DNA of 64,000 bases from an uncultured delta proteobacterium. Its GTDB lineage: Bacteria; Desulfobacterota; Binatia; UBA9968. Numbering within the stretch: the first letter of the stretch is position 1; every line of letters starts with the position of its first letter. The notes beneath the pieces were generated by a model. The model did not search any database and had not been told where the DNA came from. It was given only the letters and a program-made list of their open reading frames with translations. This document shows, piece after piece, positions 60,491 through 64,000 of the stretch. Where the stretch lies: assembly GCA_963737905.1 (NCBI GenBank), contig CAVTUQ010000029.1:45223-109222 (forward strand). Direction: 5' to 3'. Both the position numbers and the translations under genes were made by a program.

Positions 60491-61620
60491 GTAGAACGGT
60501 GATGGATTCTAACGACCTCCTGCCAGCCATACGACGCGACATGGAAGAGCATGGCATCGATTTGCTGCTCGCGTTCCATGACGGCGCGCATTTCATCGAA
60601 AAGCCGAACGCCGTCATGGTGTTGAGTGACTTCAAGTCGCTGGGACACGCCATGGTCCTCCTACCTCGAAGCGACCCAGGCATGCTCGCTGTGACGCCGC
60701 CCTGGGATGCGGAAAGGGCAGCGGAACGTTGCCCGGCCATGCGCACCATTGGAACCGATAATATATTGAATGTGCTTCAGGCCTATCTTGAGCGCCATCA
60801 CGTTTCAATATCCAGAGTCGGCACTGCTGGGCTGGCAGGTATGCCGTGGGGGATCGCCAAACAGGTGAACGCGATGTTGCAAGGGGAAGCGCGGACAATG
60901 GACAGGATGGTATTTGGTAGCGCACGGCGAAAAACATCCGCTCAAGTAAACCGGGCCCGTACGGCAACGCGCATTGCAGAAAAAGGCTACGAGCAGCTGC
61001 TCCAGATCGCGAGGCCTGGCATGCGCGAGGATGAACTCGCGGTGGAGCTTAAATGGCATATGAAGACGCTAGGCGCAGAAGATAACTTTCTTATGCTCTG
61101 CGCCGGCTCTCATAATTCAGCGGTGCAGCCATCCAGCGGCCGGCGCTTGGAAATGGGTGATATTATTCTTGCCGAGATCACGCCGAGCTATATGGGACAG
61201 ATGGCGCAGATTTGCCGGACGGCGGTGATCGGATCGGCGAACGAGGCGCTAAAGCGCGGTTATGAGCTGGTCGTTCGCTCCATGGAAGAAGGCATCGCCG
61301 CGGCGGTGGCGGGTGCAACCGTGTCGGACGTATGTCGCGCCATTGATTCGGTTCTCGAGGCCAAAGGGTATGGTGAATATTGTCATCCGCCGCACATCCG
61401 GCGGCGCGGGCATGGCCTTGGATTTGGTTCGAACATGCCGGGCGACGTGAGTCTGGACAACAAAACGGTCCTGGAGCCCGACATGTTTTTCGTCATCCAT
61501 CCCAATCAGTATCTGCCGGAAACGGGCTATCTCCTGTGCGGTGAACCGGTTCTCATCACCGCGAACAAACCGGAAATCCTGAGCGAGCGGAAGGCGTCCT
61601 TGGCTGAGATTGCACTCTAG
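60487..61620 (+). CDS. M24 (creatinase/aminopeptidase P) fold protein with atypical metal ligands
   Basis: RPGMREDEL, GDIILAEITP, QICRT, GHGLG, VIHPNQY, GEP. Confidence 0.85.
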   Translation: MSRTVMDSNDLLPAIRRDMEEHGIDLLLAFHDGAHFIEKPNAVMVLSDFKSLGHAMVLLPRSDPGMLAVTPPWDAERAAERCPAMRTIGTDNILNVLQAYLERHHVSISRVGTAGLAGMPWGIAKQVNAMLQGEARTMDRMVFGSARRKTSAQVNRARTATRIAEKGYEQLLQIARPGMREDELAVELKWHMKTLGAEDNFLMLCAGSHNSAVQPSSGRRLEMGDIILAEITPSYMGQMAQICRTAVIGSANEALKRGYELVVRSMEEGIAAAVAGATVSDVCRAIDSVLEAKGYGEYCHPPHIRRRGHGLGFGSNMPGDVSLDNKTVLEPDMFFVIHPNQYLPETGYLLCGEPVLITANKPEILSERKASLAEIAL

Positions 61621-61654
61621 CGCGCGCATGGATCGTGTCTCTGGACCGGTAGGG

Positions 61655-61697
61655 TTAACGACTTGAACTGCTTGAACGATTTGAACGGCTTGAACCA
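61655..61697 (+). repeat. 9-bp-period TTGAAC repeat
   Basis: ttaacgacttgaactgcttgaacgatttgaacggcttgaacc. Confidence 0.75.
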
Positions 61698-61772
61698 TGC
61701 GTGCGAGGGGAAAACGTCGAGCGCAACAAAAGAAATAAGCGCCTGTTGCCAAGTAAATTCGGAGATCGCATT

Positions 61773-62919
61773 GTGCTGACAATGCATCCGACATTGCTCA
61801 TCGGGCCCTACGACTGGCAACCCGAACGCCTGCCGAAGCATGAGTTTCTCGCGCGCGGTCAGGCTCTTTGGCAAAAGATTTCGGATCCAACGTGTTCTGC
61901 GGTGATCGTCTATGGAGACAGCCGCAATCATTCCGAGCTCGCCTACCTCAGCAATTTTGTTCCGAAGCTCGGCCCCGCCTTGATGTTTATTCCGAGGGAA
62001 GGTGAGCCGAAGCTGCTCGTTTCGGGTGCTCCAAATATGTTGCCCGCAGCGAAACGACTAACTTGGATGGAAGGGATTGAACCGCTGCGCGATGCTGGAA
62101 AAACTATTGCCCGGTGGCTGAACGGCGGAATCGATTCCGACCCAACCACAGTCAGGCGCCACGCCGCATTGATCGGCGGTGATTACATGCGATCGGCGTT
62201 TTATGGATCGTTCATTGAATCCTTTGATCGTACGAGTTCTTTTCTCGACGCTACACCTTTGCTGCGAACATTAATGCGTTGCAAATCCTCCAGAGAACTC
62301 GGCTTTATCCGCGAAGGGTGTGGAATCTTGGACGCTGCGACGAAATCGCTAGCGGAAGCCAATCGTAGCGGTGCGGGTATCACGGCGGCCGTCCTGGGAG
62401 CCGAACGTTCCGCCGAATCACTTGGGGGCTCAGGATGTAAGGACATTGTTCAGTGTCGATGGCGGCCGGACTCTGAGACCTTTCGAGGAGCCCATCGATG
62501 CTCCCGTCGATTCTCTTCAAATCTATATGGCCGTCCGTCACGTCGGCTATTGGGTAGAGGGCTTTATATCATTGGCTGCTTCGCGGAACTCCGTTGTAAT
62601 CAAAGCCGCCGAGGCGTTGAAGACTGTCATTGCCAAGGCAACGGCCGGCAGGAAATGCAGAGATCTTGTGAATCTGGCAGCGGAGAAAATCAGGCCCTAC
62701 AACGCGCATGCGATTACTGCCGGAAACATTGGGAATGGCATCGGGCTCTCTCTTGAAGAGGAGCCAAAGCTTTCGTCAAACAGTGAAGACGCTCTCGAAG
62801 AGGGCGGAGTCTACGCACTGCGCGTCGGAGCCTCTGATGGGCAAGAACATCATGGCATCGTTTCGGCGATGGTGGCGGTCCATCAAGATCAAAACGAGTT
62901 GCTCTGGAGTGCTATCTAG
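61773..62919 (+). CDS. Degenerate M24/creatinase-fold protein (frameshift ~62420)
   Basis: Creatinase_N-like EFLAR..VYGDSRNHSELAYLSNF, KSSREL; then GAQDVRTL, GYW, GNGIGLSLEE in another frame. Confidence 0.75.
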
Positions 62920-63025
62920 AGTGCTTTGAAGTTTGTCGCTTGTTTGACAGTGTTGATTTGCCCGTGTTAATGGGCCTCGTACCAAACCGAAACCCTAGTT
63001 ATAGAATATGAAAAGGAGATAAAAC

Positions 63026-64000
63026 ATGCGGAGTTGGGTTTGCAAACCTGTTTACAGTTTAGCGGTAGTGATCTTGTCGTTTTCCTTGGGTGTTTTTACC
63101 TCTGACTGGGTTTCTGCTGCTGATAGGCTCACCGGTCTTCAGTCGGCCCAGGTGATGTCGCAATCGATGCCGTGGATCGCTCAGGAAGCGGGGCTCTTTA
63201 AAAAATACGACTTGGACTTCCGGCTGGTTTTTATTCCGTCGTCGCCGGTCGCCACCGCAGCCACGTTGAACGGCGACGCAGAGATTGGTGTCACAGGCGC
63301 GGTCGGCAACGTGCGCGCCTACGTTCAAGGCTTCACCGACCTGGTTTTTGTCGGCGGCATAAAAAACTTTTTGACGCACAGCATTCTTGGCAAGCCGGAT
63401 ATCAAACGGCCCGAGGATCTCAAAGGCAGGACGGTCGCCGTCGGCCGATTCGGCGGCAACACTCATTATTTCACGATTCAGGCGCTCAAAAAGTTCGGCA
63501 TGGACGCGAGCCACGACATTCAGATGATACAAACCGGCGGCGGTCCGGAGACACTGGCCGCACTGCTCGCCGGGAAAGTCGACGCGGCGGGACTGGTTGC
63601 GCCGGGTGACGCCGCCGCGGTGGCCCAGGGATTTCGCTACGTGATCAACGGCTTTGACCTCCGTATTCCGTATGGCGCCACCCAGTTGGTCACACTGCGC
63701 TCGAACATCGCCAAGCGCGGCCCGGTAATCGGAAGGTTTATGCGGGTTATGGCGGAGGCGGCAAAAATCCAGCACACGGATCGGGCCTTCGTCTACAAGG
63801 TGCTCGGCAAATATCTGCGCATCACCGACACAAAGGTTCTCGACTCGGCCTACAAAACGGAGATTCCGGCGCTGGAGCGCAGGTTGGAGATAAGCGAGGC
63901 GGCGCTGCAAGCTTCACTGGACGAAATCGCCCCGACGGATCCCCGGGCAAAGACAATCAAGCCGCAGCAGTTTATCGACCGACGCTATCTCGTCGAGCTG
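63026..64000 (+). CDS. NitT/TauT-type solute-binding protein, runs off the window end (not in ORF track)
   Basis: RBS AAGGAG; MRSWVCKPVYSLAVVILSFSLG...WIAQEAGLFKKYDL...PEDLKGRTVAVGRFGG. Confidence 0.88.
   Translation, partial: MRSWVCKPVYSLAVVILSFSLGVFTSDWVSAADRLTGLQSAQVMSQSMPWIAQEAGLFKKYDLDFRLVFIPSSPVATAATLNGDAEIGVTGAVGNVRAYVQGFTDLVFVGGIKNFLTHSILGKPDIKRPEDLKGRTVAVGRFGGNTHYFTIQALKKFGMDASHDIQMIQTGGGPETLAALLAGKVDAAGLVAPGDAAAVAQGFRYVINGFDLRIPYGATQLVTLRSNIAKRGPVIGRFMRVMAEAAKIQHTDRAFVYKVLGKYLRITDTKVLDSAYKTEIPALERRLEISEAALQASLDEIAPTDPRAKTIKPQQFIDRRYLVEL

Noticed and set aside
63059-63910. 283-aa minus-strand ORF
   Set aside because: It is the shadow of the plus-strand SBP starting at 63026, which lacks a stop inside the window.

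Overview
GC-rich (~55-60% by eye) bacterial DNA. The gene content (many orphan solute-binding proteins, hydantoinase/oxoprolinase, Rieske oxygenase, CoA-transferase) suggests Binatota or a 'Deltaproteobacteria'-like soil/sediment lineage; this is inference only. Housekeeping-type genes are an ATP-dependent DNA ligase and a selA-selB-selD operon, where selD has an in-frame UGA (Sec) plus a SECIS-like hairpin. About 30 solute-binding-fold genes are present (16 ABC_sub_bind/PF04392-like, ~10 NitT/TauT-like, TctC, TAXI-like, and several signal-less versions), with no recognisable permease or ATPase. The most unusual structure is a ~16 kb head-to-tail array of 14 ABC_sub_bind paralogues (38456-54544). 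It has near-invariant 3' ends, mosaic leader/body combinations, 'empty' units that join a leader directly to the 3' tail, 7-bp-period repeats at most junctions, and an embedded DUF5678-protease pair and flanking toxin-antitoxin module. Small elements (a TTAA-flanked MITE, REP-like hairpins) sit inside those periodic repeats. Also seen: a ~100-nt promoter-to-terminator structured RNA candidate, an internally deleted MetE-like gene, and two attC-like sites. Many single-base frameshifts may be long-read assembly errors, so pseudogene calls based only on indels are provisional.
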